Below are positions 62,522-64,000 of a stretch of DNA of 64,000 nt, piece by piece. The DNA lies in NCBI GenBank assembly GCA_023920165.1, contig CP089281.1:186001-250000 (forward strand), given 5' to 3'. Each line of letters opens with the position of its first letter. The first letter of the stretch is position 1. The notes beneath the pieces are model-generated. The model had not been told where the DNA came from. It saw only the letters and a program-made list of their open reading frames with translations, and searched no databases. Source of the stretch: Curvularia clavata (taxonomy: Eukaryota). The translations under genes were made by a program, and so were the position numbers.

Positions 62522-64000
62522 ATCAATGAATGGAGACTAGATTCCTGGGGCGTAGAGAGATTGTTGTAAATTTGTACTTGGATAAGAATGATTGAAGGAA
62601 GTTGAGATAGCTATGAGTGAACTTCGAAAGGGTTTAAATATTCAACAAAGCAGCCCACTTACGCAACAGACGTTGTACTCGAGAGACGAGAAGGACGTCC
62701 AGACTAGACGGTAAAATCCCTCATCATCCTTGGGTTTCACAAGGTGACTTCGCCGCTTCCTGAAGATGACGAATTGTGCCTTTTCCGTCCACTATACTAG
62801 GGTTTTCTGCAACGAAAAACAAGGTTGGAAACGAGGTGATGGGGGCGAGCAAGGACGGAGTCCGACAGTAGTTCTCAAGATGGAAAAGATTTCATACCGT
62901 GGGCACCTATGTCTTCGCTTCATGCATGCGGCGTACAAATCATATGCCACGATCGTGATGCCACTCCGATCCACTCCCAGGAAGCTCTGTATCAAGGATA
63001 TTGGCCTGTTGAGGTTTCCCTTTGTCGCCTCCTTGGTACGTTAGCAATGGGGCCAAAATGTGCCGAATGGATAGGTATTGCGTTGGTAGATCAGGTCATC
63101 TGTAGCATTTGGGTGTTATGAATCCCCAACGTTGAGGGCTATGGCCTACCGGGGTGTGACTGCTTTTGAAAAGTAAGTTTCCTCGACCTTAGCATCAATG
63201 TGTTTGGCTGAGAGAAGTAAAGCAGCAGATATGGAGAAAATCGAGATCAAAACAAATTCAAAAACTCAATACCTGATCCCAATTGCCTTTGCACCTAAGA
63301 ATTACTCGCCGGTTAGATGCCGCAGTGAAAGCGGCATTATGACAGTGCTTGGCATTGTGTACCTCTTAGGAGAAAGATGACATCCTGTGGTGATGGAACC
63401 TCTACAACAACTTGGCAGAAAATAAGGGCCCCCACATGATACAAGATGTGTAGCACATAGAGTGTGTACGGCGTAGACAATGGTGCTGAGCCATGAAGGT
63501 GCATGGGGCCGATGCGGCGAGGTAACCAACATGTCATGTGCAAACCAACATACCAGTTGTAGTAATCTCAGGATTGTATAGACGAGCGATCCCAGCTTAA
63601 GCAAAAGTGACGTTGTGTAGATGGGTATGCTAAAAGGTTAGAGGAGGCGATGGTGACGATAGAGTTTCATGAGGATACCGTGCCGCATAACTGTACCTAT
63701 CGGGGTACGTGTGACGTCACTATCGATCCATTGTGATTGGCTGCATTAATATCGCTGGATAGAGATTAAAATTTTACATGTCTGTCCAGTCTACTGCGTA
63801 ACTATTATCTTTTCTTCTGTTTTGATACGGATATCAGCAGTAGAGAGGCCACTGCGGATCAGTCCGGAATCAGCTTTTGCGTGCACCAATCCTTTGGACC
63901 CGCAAAACCATTGTCGCCGCAACTTTGCCGCACCGCCGGAGAGAAACTTGCTTCCATGTTTGTAAACACGGAGGTATTTTCGTATTTAGGCAGAATACAA

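Noticed and set aside
62522..64000. Short ORFs upstream of the subtilase
   Set aside because: No coding bias or motifs; treated as intergenic or promoter DNA.

Overview
Eukaryotic, intron-containing genomic DNA from a filamentous ascomycete. GT-AG introns of about 50-70 nt with CTAAC/CTGAC branch sites, RIP-scarred transposons and the gene repertoire suggest a Dothideomycete/Pleosporales-like fungus (inference). The left half (about 4-33 kb) is accessory-like. It holds a decayed transposon nest (pogo/Fot1 transposase, TIR copies, LTR-like fragments, RIP), an F-box gene, orphan genes, a small ADP-ribosyltransferase-fold gene, a second pogo remnant, and a HET-NB-ARC-TPR NLR facing head-to-head a CCCH-RRM-KH-RBR ubiquitin ligase. 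The right half is gene-dense. It holds a mucin-like protein, a membrane-anchored pepsin-like protein, two divergent methyltransferases, MnSOD followed by a ligand-less Cu/Zn-SOD-like gene, a cation/H+ antiporter, an asparaginase-like gene, GH128, an intron-containing tRNA-Lys(CTT), mitoribosomal mS26, NOG2 with an intronic H/ACA snoRNA (snR191/U19-like), a BTB-like WG-repeat protein and a large secreted subtilase. The best candidates for undescribed biology are the NLR / RBR ligase / ART neighbourhood and the signal-peptide MnSOD plus pseudo-SOD pair; both are hypotheses. All exon boundaries and family calls were made by eye from motifs, with no database searches.
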